From a virus: a DNA stretch of 25,444 bases. Shown here piece after piece: positions 8,288 to 16,251 of the stretch. The position numbers and the translations under genes were made by a program. The number at the start of each line of letters is the position of its first letter. Positions within the stretch are counted from its first letter, which is position 1. The notes beneath the pieces are model-generated. The model searched no databases and was not told the DNA's origin. It was given only the letters and a program-made list of their open reading frames with translations. The stretch is taken from IMG/VR virus record IMGVR_UViG_3300047550_006186, one strand, 5' to 3'.

Positions 8288-8731
8288 ATGAACACGGATG
8301 AGTCTGGTTGGTTGCCGGTGACTGAGCGCGATATCAAGATCATGGGTATTTTGCGCACCATGGCAGAAGATGTTGCACCAGTAGCCAATGCCAGACTGGC
8401 TGCTGCCGTTGCCATCCGTGGAAATATCATCAGTTTTGGTCACAACAGCCTGCGCAGCCATCCTTGGCATTTGCGCTGGGGCAAGAATCAGGACAGTGTC
8501 TATTGGCATGCGGAAACCAATGCCATCTACAACTTTCTCAAGCGTCGACAGCCAGAGGATCTCGAGAAGAGCACTTTGTATGTGGTGAGGGTCAAGAGGC
8601 CCAATGAAACCAGCCGGGATTGGATCTTGGGTATGTCCAAGCCCTGCAAGGGTTGTCAAAAGTGTATCATGGATTTTCAAATTCCACGAGTAGTCTACAG
8701 CACGGGCGACCAGGATTTTGTTTGCGAATAG
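8288..8731 (+). CDS. dCMP/cytidine deaminase-family zinc enzyme
   Basis: HAETNAI ... PCKGCQKCI, the canonical H(A/C)E ... PCxxC zinc-binding signature of the CMP/dCMP deaminase fold. Confidence 0.8.
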   Translation: MNTDESGWLPVTERDIKIMGILRTMAEDVAPVANARLAAAVAIRGNIISFGHNSLRSHPWHLRWGKNQDSVYWHAETNAIYNFLKRRQPEDLEKSTLYVVRVKRPNETSRDWILGMSKPCKGCQKCIMDFQIPRVVYSTGDQDFVCE

Positions 8732-8853
8732 GTAGTAGCTTTTCACCCAGGTGTCTACTGGATTCACTGCTGTTGACGCAAAGACACAACAGGCTTGCAA
8801 GGCGAAGGACTAAATAAACAAACAAACATTTGCAGACAACCTCAAGGAAAGAG

Positions 8854-9996
8854 ATGGTAACAGCAACCCTTACTCCACGTTATTACAGAGTGGAAATTGA
8901 TATGACTGCACCTGTGGATTGGACCACAGCTAGTGATGCCACCAACGCAGGTGCTATTGACAACACCACAGCAGAAAAATATAACCACACAGTTTTGATC
9001 ACTGGCACAATTGACAATCCCACTGTCACACAGTTCAAAACATTTTACATAAATGATGTGCTGATCACCTTCAGCAACACAACTATTGCAGATGTCATAA
9101 GCGATGTGAATGGTTTAACACCACAAACAGGTGTTTGGGCTGACAGTATTGTGGGTGATTGTTTGACCTTGCGCAATTGGGTTGGTAGAGAAGGTGAACC
9201 CATTTGGCTCAAGGAAGGTAATGGTGGCCTGGCAGAAGTGGGATTGACTGAAGATGTTTACCAATATTGGCCTTGTAATACAGGCACTGGGTTTACTGCA
9301 CCTGTGGTGGGCGAAGATATCATCATCAATGGTATCACAGTTGAGTGGACTGGTATCACCGCTGCCGCATGTGCTGCTGACATCAATGCACTCACCTGGA
9401 GCCACAATGTGGTTGCATATGTGGTGGGAGATGCCATGGTTCCCAACGAAACACTGCAACTTTGCAGTGTGAATGGTCAACCCTGGGTTTTGAATGATGG
9501 CAGCTCTGGAGTGGTGTCTGATATTGGATTTACTACTGGCAATTATGGTGGCACTCCTCTAACGTATGCACAAGCCATTGACAAAGAACGTGCCAACATG
9601 CGTTGGGACGCCATCGTCAACCATTTGGGTCTGTTGATCAGTCCAGTATTTTTGGGCATATATGACAAACAGGGAACTGTTGATGGAACAGTGCCTTTGG
9701 ATAGTTTGAGTTTTACTATTGCATATGACCGTGCAAATTATCTGGAAACAGAGGATGAAACCAGTCCTGGTGATTGGCTGAGGGGTGCAGATTGTATCAA
9801 AAGATTGATTGCCCGTGCCCTGATTGAAGACTCTACTGGAAATCAAGAGATTTTTGATCCATCTATCACAAATTTTGGCAGTCATTGTGCAAGAACCAAT
9901 CCCACACAGATTTTGCCTGTTACATCTGCCAAGTTGGGAACAGCAGTCACCAACATAGAGCCCAATCTTACTGTCACACAACTATTGCTCAATTAA
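8854..9996 (+). CDS. Hypothetical protein (~380 aa), no recognisable domain
   Basis: Long ORF with AAGGAAAGAG SD before ATG 8854. The track ORF begins with TTG at 8830. Confidence 0.5.
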   Translation: MVTATLTPRYYRVEIDMTAPVDWTTASDATNAGAIDNTTAEKYNHTVLITGTIDNPTVTQFKTFYINDVLITFSNTTIADVISDVNGLTPQTGVWADSIVGDCLTLRNWVGREGEPIWLKEGNGGLAEVGLTEDVYQYWPCNTGTGFTAPVVGEDIIINGITVEWTGITAAACAADINALTWSHNVVAYVVGDAMVPNETLQLCSVNGQPWVLNDGSSGVVSDIGFTTGNYGGTPLTYAQAIDKERANMRWDAIVNHLGLLISPVFLGIYDKQGTVDGTVPLDSLSFTIAYDRANYLETEDETSPGDWLRGADCIKRLIARALIEDSTGNQEIFDPSITNFGSHCARTNPTQILPVTSAKLGTAVTNIEPNLTVTQLLLN

Positions 9997-10058
9997 CCGT
10001 TGACAAAACTCATAGTGAACTTAAACTTGACCATATACAGCAAGGATATGGATCAACC

Positions 10059-10514
10059 ATGAGTTTTGATCAAAGTCAAATGTCTTATGGACATGTGGTA
10101 ACTTATCCTAGTGTGTGGTTACCACCCAGCAACACCAGCAAAATTATGCTGTTGTCATATAGTCAAGCACAGGTACATGACTTATTGGCATGTCTGCAAG
10201 AAAGATATTCAACTATAAACTGGGCATTTTATCTTGCTCCAGATAGCTCATATTGCGACATGGAAACCCTGGATTGGTTGTGGATAAATCAATATCACAT
10301 GCATGTGGTTGTGGGCAAGTGTGATCAAGCTGGCATTCTCTCCTTGTGGATGAGCATGCCACACAAGAATAAATTTCTGTTGCAAGGTTCACATACAGCT
10401 TCCAACACATTGGCAGAATTGGCTGGCTACAAATTATGGACAAACCATTTACATATGTGGGACTACATTGTGGACAATGACTATCATCATAGTTCGCACG
10501 GGCAACTGCCATGA
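10059..10514 (+). CDS. Hypothetical protein (151 aa) translationally coupled to clpX
   Basis: ATG 10059 is preceded by AAGGA, and the stop overlaps the clpX ATG (ATGA at 10511-10514). The track ORF is extended upstream to 9885 in a region that overlaps the previous gene. Confidence 0.45.
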   Translation: MSFDQSQMSYGHVVTYPSVWLPPSNTSKIMLLSYSQAQVHDLLACLQERYSTINWAFYLAPDSSYCDMETLDWLWINQYHMHVVVGKCDQAGILSLWMSMPHKNKFLLQGSHTASNTLAELAGYKLWTNHLHMWDYIVDNDYHHSSHGQLP

Positions 10515-11746
10515 CAGCCAATATCAAACTGGTACACATTTGTAATTTTTGTAACAAAAACAGCACACAAGTCCGAACACTAGTAAGTGGTAATGGAGTG
10601 TTTATTTGTAATGAATGTATTGAATTGTGCAACCAGGCATTGCAAGACCAGCAGACGGAAGCTAGACCTCCCTCTCAAAGTATTGCATGGACTCCCACGC
10701 AAGTGGTAGACTACTTGGACAAGCATGTGATTGGGCAGCAATTGGCCAAAAAAACACTGGGTGTGGCTATCTACAACCATCTCAAGAGGTTGAACTATCC
10801 ACAAGTGGATCAAGTGGTGTTGGACAAAAGTAATATTTTGATGATAGGCAGCAGTGGTGTGGGCAAGTCTCACATGGTGAGCACGTTGGCCAAAATTTTG
10901 GATGTGCCATTTGCTGTTGTGGATGCCACAAGTTTGAGCCAAACAGGATATGTGGGATTGGATCCAGAAGAATGTTTGGTAAGATTGTATCAGGCAGCAG
11001 ACAATAACATGGAATCTGCTGAAAAAGGCATTGTTTTCATTGATGAAATTGACAAAATTAGTCGCAAGAGTGGGGAAAATACCAGTACAACCCGTGATGT
11101 GAGCGGAGAAGGTGTGCAACAAGCATTGCTCAAAATTATAGAGGGTAGTATGGTCAAATTTCAACCCAACAGTGGTAGAAAAAACCCCAATGGCGAGTTT
11201 TTAACTATCAACACTCGCAACATATTGTTCATTTTGGGAGGCGCATTTGAAGGGCTACACAAATTGATCAGCAACCGATTGCAAGACACTTCCAGTCAAG
11301 TGGGATTCAACAGTCAACTGAAATTGGCCAACCAACAACTGGAATGGCAGTTGATACAACAGGTGGAAACTGAGGATCTTATCAATTATGGATTGATTCC
11401 TGAGTTGGTGGGTAGGATTCCTGTGATCTTGCCATTTGAAAATTTAGATTTGCATACACTGACAAGAATTCTTGTAGAGCCACAAAACAGCATTGTAGCT
11501 CAGTTCCAAAAACTGTTTGAACTGGAAGGTATTGATTTGGTTTTTGAATCTGCTGCGTTGACAGCTATTGCTCAACAAGTGCTGCAAAGCCAAACAGGGG
11601 CACGGGGTTTGAGAAGGGTGATTGAACGACTGTTGTTGAACAGTCAGTATCAAATTGTCAGTCTCAAGCAGCAACAGGTCAAACAACTGATAGTCACAGC
11701 CCAATGTGTGACAATGGGCGTAGAACCAAAAAAAGTAATTGACTGA
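10511..11746 (+). CDS. clpX: ATP-dependent Clp protease ATP-binding subunit ClpX (atypical Walker A)
   Basis: N-terminal C4 zinc finger HICNFCNK...[13 protein letters not shown]+ core [61 protein letters not shown]. The Walker A reads GSSGVGKS instead of the near-invariant GPTGSGKT. Confidence 0.9.
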   Translation: MTANIKLVHICNFCNKNSTQVRTLVSGNGVFICNECIELCNQALQDQQTEARPPSQSIAWTPTQVVDYLDKHVIGQQLAKKTLGVAIYNHLKRLNYPQVDQVVLDKSNILMIGSSGVGKSHMVSTLAKILDVPFAVVDATSLSQTGYVGLDPEECLVRLYQAADNNMESAEKGIVFIDEIDKISRKSGENTSTTRDVSGEGVQQALLKIIEGSMVKFQPNSGRKNPNGEFLTINTRNILFILGGAFEGLHKLISNRLQDTSSQVGFNSQLKLANQQLEWQLIQQVETEDLINYGLIPELVGRIPVILPFENLDLHTLTRILVEPQNSIVAQFQKLFELEGIDLVFESAALTAIAQQVLQSQTGARGLRRVIERLLLNSQYQIVSLKQQQVKQLIVTAQCVTMGVEPKKVID

Positions 11747-12321
11747 TGAATCAAACACGCTATAACTCAAACATCCAAAACAACAAGGACTCAAAACAAA
11801 ACATGCGGGACTCAACAACCCTTGCCAATGACCGTATTCGAGTGCCACAAGTGAGATTGATCACAGAAGATGGTACAAACTTGGGTGTGGTCAACACTCG
11901 GGATGCTCTTGCAAGGGCACACAATCAAGGCCTGGATCTAGTGGCCATCAACACACAGGCTCAGCCAATGGTGGCCAAGATTCTTGACCTCAACAAACAT
12001 TTGTACGAACTCAAAAAAGCAGCCAAGGAACGTGCAAAACAAAGTCGCGAAAATCAAGTGGTCCTCAAGGAGGTGCAACTGCGACCTGTTACTGATGAAC
12101 ATGATATCCACATCAAGGCTCGCAATGCACGCGGTTTTTTGGATGATGGATGCAAGGTCAAAGTAGTAGTCAAATTCCGAGGCAGAGAGATGGCCTATCG
12201 AGAACTGGGCATGAGCGTAATCAATAACTTTTTACAAGCGGTGGGAGATCACAAATTGGAACGTGAACCTACCATTCAAGGCAACAGCATTCATGCACTG
12301 CTGATGCCTGTGACTAAGTGA
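11746..12321 (+). CDS. infC: Translation initiation factor IF-3
   Basis: NDRIRVPQVRLI.EDG..LGVV.T..AL..A...GLDLV ... AQPMVAKILD; C-domain VKFRGREMAYRELG. The ATG overlaps the clpX stop by 1 nt. Confidence 0.9.
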   Translation: MNQTRYNSNIQNNKDSKQNMRDSTTLANDRIRVPQVRLITEDGTNLGVVNTRDALARAHNQGLDLVAINTQAQPMVAKILDLNKHLYELKKAAKERAKQSRENQVVLKEVQLRPVTDEHDIHIKARNARGFLDDGCKVKVVVKFRGREMAYRELGMSVINNFLQAVGDHKLEREPTIQGNSIHALLMPVTK

Positions 12322-12322
12322 G

Positions 12323-12370
12323 TTGCCTTTAGGGCCTAAAGGCACCTGGTTTTCTGCGGCGGGAGATAAA
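12323..12370 (+). repeat. Solo IS left-end-like repeat (hairpin GCCTTTAGGGCCTAAAGGC plus CTGGTTTTCTGCGGCGGGAGATAAA)
   Basis: The 3' half matches the IS LE at 7575-7601 and the reverse complement of 14839-14867. A perfect 9-bp-stem hairpin sits directly after the infC stop, and the GGGAG of the repeat sits 12 nt before ATG 12378. Confidence 0.7.
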
Positions 12371-12377
12371 TAGCCCT

Positions 12378-13094
12378 ATGAAGATACAGGAATTATTGCA
12401 AATTGCGGAACAGGCTCGCCCAACAGAACTGGGCGACGCCTATTTTTATATTGATCGTAAATTGATTGACGTTGCTCCTCTACGCAACCACAGAGATTGG
12501 CTACTCAAACACCAGCAACAGTTGGATTTGCCCAGCTATATTCATGACAAACCTGCAAGAGCTCTTTGGGAAGCCTACAAAAAAGGAATCATCCGAATTG
12601 TGTGGGACAAGGGAGCCAAATGGAAAACTGGTGTGGGTCATGGACAGGGCAATGTGCTGTATTTGAACGGATTTGATCAGGTAGTTTGGACCAACATGAA
12701 ACCCATTCTGAATGAACCCAAATGGGCAGGGTTGATTGATAGTGTGGTTATTGAATACGTGCAGGATGTGGGAGGTAAACCCAATTGGTATCGCACAGAC
12801 ATATTCAAGGGAGGAGACATTGAAAGCCTCTATCGTGGCAAAAAGCCCCGCCGAGAGCTGGTTCCACCCAACGCCATCTATGGAGGAGAATCTGGAATAT
12901 CTAGGATCATGGAATTGAATCATGTTATGAATAGTATCAATGATCAACCAGGTAAGGTGTTGGAGATGTTTCACAACCATGTGATGAACAGTGGGTTTTA
13001 TGATCAATATAGGCATACACCCAAAAATGGATTCCATACATGGCCAGGTCATAACTATGATTGTTACATGGGCATGATGGAAAATCAAAAATAA
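12378..13094 (+). CDS. Hypothetical protein (238 aa)
   Basis: Clean ORF bracketed by the IS-end repeat with SD upstream and the rpsU promoter downstream. No motif recognised. Confidence 0.5.
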   Translation: MKIQELLQIAEQARPTELGDAYFYIDRKLIDVAPLRNHRDWLLKHQQQLDLPSYIHDKPARALWEAYKKGIIRIVWDKGAKWKTGVGHGQGNVLYLNGFDQVVWTNMKPILNEPKWAGLIDSVVIEYVQDVGGKPNWYRTDIFKGGDIESLYRGKKPRRELVPPNAIYGGESGISRIMELNHVMNSINDQPGKVLEMFHNHVMNSGFYDQYRHTPKNGFHTWPGHNYDCYMGMMENQK

Positions 13095-13096
13095 TT

Positions 13097-13125
13097 TTGA
13101 CAGTACAAACACATGTGTCTACAAT
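13097..13125 (+). promoter_or_regulatory. Sigma70-type promoter for rpsU (TTGACA, 17-nt spacer, TACAAT)
   Basis: TTGACA at 13097-13102, TACAAT at 13120-13125, and SD AGGAAGG 9 nt before ATG 13154. Confidence 0.65.
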
Positions 13126-13153
13126 CTGTGGGTAGATAGGAAGGTACTACAAA

Positions 13154-13384
13154 ATGGATGACAACTACAACTTTCACAAAAAAGGTTTGACTGTGAGAGT
13201 TATCAATGGCAATTTGGAAGGCGCCCTGAGTAGGCTCAAAAGATTGATGAATCAGGAAGGTGTCAACAAAGAATTGCGCAAGCGTAGGTTTTATGAAAAA
13301 CCCACTACCAAAAGGCGTCGAGAAAAGGCTGAGGCACGTATCCGTTGGCTACGCAAAAAAGCCACCTTGGATCCTTGGGCATAA
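13154..13384 (+). CDS. rpsU: 30S ribosomal protein S21
   Basis: RRFYEKPTTKRRREKAEA matches the S21 hallmark REFYEKPT(T/E)ERKR. 76 aa, basic. Confidence 0.9.
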   Translation: MDDNYNFHKKGLTVRVINGNLEGALSRLKRLMNQEGVNKELRKRRFYEKPTTKRRREKAEARIRWLRKKATLDPWA

Positions 13385-13473
13385 CTTCCCATAGGGAACA
13401 AGGGTCCAGATAACACGAATAGGAGGTGGCCCAAACTTGCCCACGACCCACGTTCCCCAAGGAAGTTTACGTT

Positions 13474-13516
13474 CAGCCGCTATCCATCCAGGGGACAAAG
13501 CGCCCTGGATGGATAG
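13474..13516. repeat. IS left-end-type palindrome (CTATCCATCCAGGGG-ACAAAG-CGCCCTGGATGGATAG)
   Basis: The left arm is identical to the IS LE at 7551-7580. Here it is completed to a 15/16-bp perfect hairpin. Confidence 0.7.
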
Positions 13517-13549
13517 AAACTTGTGATTAAATTATTTTTTTGATATATA

Positions 13550-13578
13550 TTGCATTTGTGTCAACCTCTATGTATAAA
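13550..13578 (+). promoter_or_regulatory. Sigma70-type promoter (TTGCAT, 17-nt spacer, TATAAA) driving the IS-derived RNA
   Basis: TTGCAT at 13550-13555, TATAAA at 13573-13578, with an AT-rich UP-like tract upstream. Confidence 0.5.
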
Positions 13579-13584
13579 CAATAT

Positions 13585-13810
13585 TAGTGATGTAGCAAGA
13601 GCCCCCACGGCTTGGGATATCCCGGTAGAGATACCGCAGAGACTAGGGCAGGAAGTGCCCTGAGTCCGTAAAAAAATATCGCCTGTGGACCGGAACACAC
13701 CAATGAATAAGCCCATTGGCTAAAGGTGAACTGGAATCTAGCAGGAAGCCACAGCCCTAGAGGGCGTGGTACTTCACAAAAGCGGTGATACAAATCACCG
13801 CTTTCTCTCT
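13585..13810 (+). ncRNA. Stand-alone omegaRNA-like (tnpB-3'/RE-derived) RNA with its own promoter and terminator, no TnpB ORF
   Basis: Blocks AGGGCAGGAAGTGCCC, CGCCTGTGGA, CATTGG and the RE GCAGGAAGCCACAGCCCTAGAGGGCGTGGTACTTCAC (13741-13777) are colinear with the intact tnpB 3' region. A hairpin follows at 13779-13804 (AAAGCGGTGAT-ACAA-ATCACCGCTTT) plus TCTCTCT. Confidence 0.45.
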
Positions 13811-13843
13811 AAATAGAGACGAACATTTTTGAGATAACACATT

Positions 13844-14884
13844 ATGAAACTACTTGATTTATTTGAAGACAATTCGATAACTACACTCGCTCCAGGAGAG
13901 AAACGAGTCAGGCTGGATCTCAAGATACGCAACTTGCAGGCTATTCAAAAGAAAATGAAGGAGCTCAGAGACAGTCTCTACAAAAGTATTGATCTCAAAT
14001 ATCAATTTACCAAGGATGCTGCTCTACAAGCAGCACTTGAGCAATTGGAAAAACGCATAGTTCTCAAACTGGATTATTTGGAAAAAATGAAATCCAGACC
14101 CACTACTGGTGTCCAAAAGATGTTTGCTATCCTGGACAGTGAATGCAGTGAGTTTTTGAAAGTATTCAAGGAAACACAAAAATTCCTATACAGAGGACTG
14201 AGAGATACTGTGAGTGTATTTGAAGGCAGAAGCAGAGAAGATCGCAGTCCCCAAGACAGTACAAATGAAATAAGTGAAAGATTTGATCAAGCTCTCAAAA
14301 ATGCTGGATTTAGTGCATTGCGCAGCAACAGCATTTTTACCACAACCAGCCTTGGGTTTGCTAGCACGTATGGGCACACGCTTTATTTGATCTTTCCCAA
14401 GAATGGCTTCCATTTCCTTTATACAAATACAAAAGATCTCATACTGAACGATTGGTCACTAATTGCTGATGTAAACGAAATGCGTGAATTCAAAGAAAAA
14501 TTGCGCAATTGGTTGGAAGCCAATGTGGAAGATTGGAAAAACACGGATATAGGCTATGGGGTCGAAAACGACACCTGGCAAACTATGTTCTGGATACTGC
14601 AACGTAATTTTGGGGAACTTGGAAACCCTTACAAGATTCCAGAAGAATTTAATGTGAATATTGAAGATTTTATCACTGATCAAGGGATCGTCAATAGTTT
14701 GGAACCCAAGCAAACTGATTTGGCAGAAGCCATGGTGGATGGTAGAGAAATTTTGATAAATGGAGAATATTGGGCTCTCAAAAGAGAGGATTGGATTGAC
14801 ATAATTGGCCAGCATTATATTGGCGATAATTATAATGAAATTATCTCCCGCCGCGGAAAACCAGGTGCCCGTCAGCTACAATGA
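13844..14884 (+). CDS. Hypothetical protein (346 aa); its C-terminal 15 codons are encoded by an IS-end repeat
   Basis: Long ORF with no recognised domain. The last codons (...ISRRGKPGARQLQ) run through the LE-like repeat at 14839-14867. Confidence 0.5.
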   Translation: MKLLDLFEDNSITTLAPGEKRVRLDLKIRNLQAIQKKMKELRDSLYKSIDLKYQFTKDAALQAALEQLEKRIVLKLDYLEKMKSRPTTGVQKMFAILDSECSEFLKVFKETQKFLYRGLRDTVSVFEGRSREDRSPQDSTNEISERFDQALKNAGFSALRSNSIFTTTSLGFASTYGHTLYLIFPKNGFHFLYTNTKDLILNDWSLIADVNEMREFKEKLRNWLEANVEDWKNTDIGYGVENDTWQTMFWILQRNFGELGNPYKIPEEFNVNIEDFITDQGIVNSLEPKQTDLAEAMVDGREILINGEYWALKREDWIDIIGQHYIGDNYNEIISRRGKPGARQLQ

Positions 14885-14925
14885 TGAAGCAGGAAGCCAC
14901 AGCCCTAGAGGGCGTAGTAGTTCAC
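14839..14925 (+). mobile_element. ~90-bp miniature LE-RE junction element (MITE-like derivative of the TnpB IS)
   Basis: AATTATCTCCCGCCGCGGAAAACCAGG is the reverse complement of the IS LE terminus. It is joined after ~17 nt to GATGAAGCAGGAAGCCACAGCCCTAGAGGGCGTAGTAGTTCAC, which is the RE in tnpB orientation. Confidence 0.7.
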
Positions 14926-14926
14926 T

Positions 14927-15577
14927 CTAGGAAGTTCTGTTCTGTGGTTGGCTATGTTTATCTATCCACTCTTGGGCAATTACACTGCTGGGTGGTTGTT
15001 TGATCCAACGTAGCACATGACGTTTCACGCTATCCAACTTGGGTCTGCTGCCGCTGTTGTCCACAAACCAATATTGGTCACCAAATAACTCAGCATAATG
15101 ACGCGCGTTGTCTTTCAAAGCTTGATATCTCTTGGTGACTTCCAGTTCAGGAACTTCTCTACCTGTCACCAGAGCTCTGCTAGCCACACGTTGTAGTGCT
15201 GTGTCCAGTGGGGTCCACACATGTATCATGCCCACATCATACCCCATCTGTTGCAATTGTTGTGTGGTTTCCTTGATACTGGGCAACCACCAAGCAGTGG
15301 TGTCCATGATAATACCCAATCTCAGATCAATATAGTTTGCCCGTTGTCTTCTCACAATGTCGCCATATTTTTGGTAATCACCCTCTCTGCCCATTTTGAG
15401 CCAGGCTGTACGAATCTCATCAGCATCCACAGTTTTTAGGCCCATGCCACCAAACAATTCACTACGCACTGTACTCTTGCCACTGCCGGGACTGCCAGCC
15501 ATAAACACAGCCTTGAAAATACCCCAGTCATGCACACCTTCTTCAAGGTCATGCTCATGTAAATCTTGATATCTCAT
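14927..15577 (-). CDS. P-loop kinase of the zeta-toxin / AAA_33 family
   Basis: Walker A AVFMAGSPGSGKST, DADEIR, and GY.VGMIHVWTPLDTALQRVASRALVTGREVPE fit the zeta-toxin/AAA_33 kinase pattern. The stop lies 1 nt from the mini-element. Confidence 0.6.
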   Translation of the reverse strand: MRYQDLHEHDLEEGVHDWGIFKAVFMAGSPGSGKSTVRSELFGGMGLKTVDADEIRTAWLKMGREGDYQKYGDIVRRQRANYIDLRLGIIMDTTAWWLPSIKETTQQLQQMGYDVGMIHVWTPLDTALQRVASRALVTGREVPELEVTKRYQALKDNARHYAELFGDQYWFVDNSGSRPKLDSVKRHVLRWIKQPPSSVIAQEWIDKHSQPQNRTS

Positions 15578-15601
15578 GCAGTTATTTATGGAGTCTCATG
15601 A

Positions 15602-15652
15602 TTGACATTTTTTGAAAATTAATCTAAATAAGAGTGTGGACATAGTGTCCAC
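15602..15652 (+). promoter_or_regulatory. ibpA promoter (TTGACA, 17-nt spacer, TAAATA) with a 17-bp inverted repeat at the predicted +1
   Basis: TTGACA at 15602-15607 and TAAATA at 15625-15630. The palindrome GTGGACA-TAG-TGTCCAC sits at 15636-15652. Confidence 0.5.
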
Positions 15653-15709
15653 TGTGGGTGCCTAGAGAGGGCTCACAAACAAAATCTCGCTTAAAAAAGG
15701 AGAATGAAC

Positions 15710-16186
15710 ATGAGAACAAACACTCTCACACTAGACAAATACATGGACCAAATGCTGCGAGACATGAACCGTTTTGCAGTGGGGTTTGAGCCCACATTCC
15801 GTGTGTTGGACAATATTCGCCACAACAGCAATCAGGGGTTCCCACCCTATGATTTGGAAAAGATTAGTGACAGCGAATATCGTTTGAACATGGCTGTGGC
15901 TGGATATGCTCAAGATGATTTGGAAATTACTGAGCATAATGGTGTGCTGACTGTTACAGGTCAGGCACACAATGACGACAATCGCACATATTTGCACAAA
16001 GGGATTGCTGGTAGAGGATTCACTCGCACGTTCTATTTGGATCAGTATGTGTATGTGGAAAGCAGCAGCTTGGCAAATGGGGTATTGACTATCCACTTCC
16101 GCAAAGAAGTGCCAGAAGCTCTCAAGCCTCGCAAAATTGCCATTGGCAATACTCAGCCATCACAGCTCAGCTCTTCAGTAGTGTAG
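15710..16186 (+). CDS. ibpA: Small heat-shock protein, Hsp20/IbpA family
   Basis: alpha-crystallin domain PPYDLEKISDSEYRLNMAVAGYAQDDLEITEHNGVLTVTG ... RTF.L. SD AAGGAG lies 7 nt before ATG 15710. Confidence 0.9.
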   Translation: MRTNTLTLDKYMDQMLRDMNRFAVGFEPTFRVLDNIRHNSNQGFPPYDLEKISDSEYRLNMAVAGYAQDDLEITEHNGVLTVTGQAHNDDNRTYLHKGIAGRGFTRTFYLDQYVYVESSSLANGVLTIHFRKEVPEALKPRKIAIGNTQPSQLSSSVV

Positions 16187-16193
16187 GACTGGC

Positions 16194-16231
16194 ATGAGTG
16201 CACAAATGTCATTTGTGCACTCATTTTTTTT
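16194..16231 (+). terminator. Rho-independent terminator after ibpA
   Basis: ATGAGTGCACAAATG / CATTTGTGCACTCAT perfect inverted repeat followed by T8. Confidence 0.8.
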
Positions 16232-16251
16232 GACTATAAGGAAATTCAGTT

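Noticed and set aside
8168-8800. 210-aa minus-strand ORF opposite the deaminase gene
   Set aside because: The plus-strand frame carries the HAE/PCxxC zinc signature and a consensus promoter. The minus ORF is a shadow.
13584-13793. 69-aa minus-strand ORF
   Set aside because: Lies inside the IS-derived RNA scaffold and repeat. The region is better explained as non-coding.
13844-14884. Possible R-S-E ADP-ribosyltransferase motifs (YRG ... TTTS ... NEMRE) in the 346-aa protein
   Set aside because: No canonical ExE. Spacing and context cannot be verified without a profile search, so it is not claimed.
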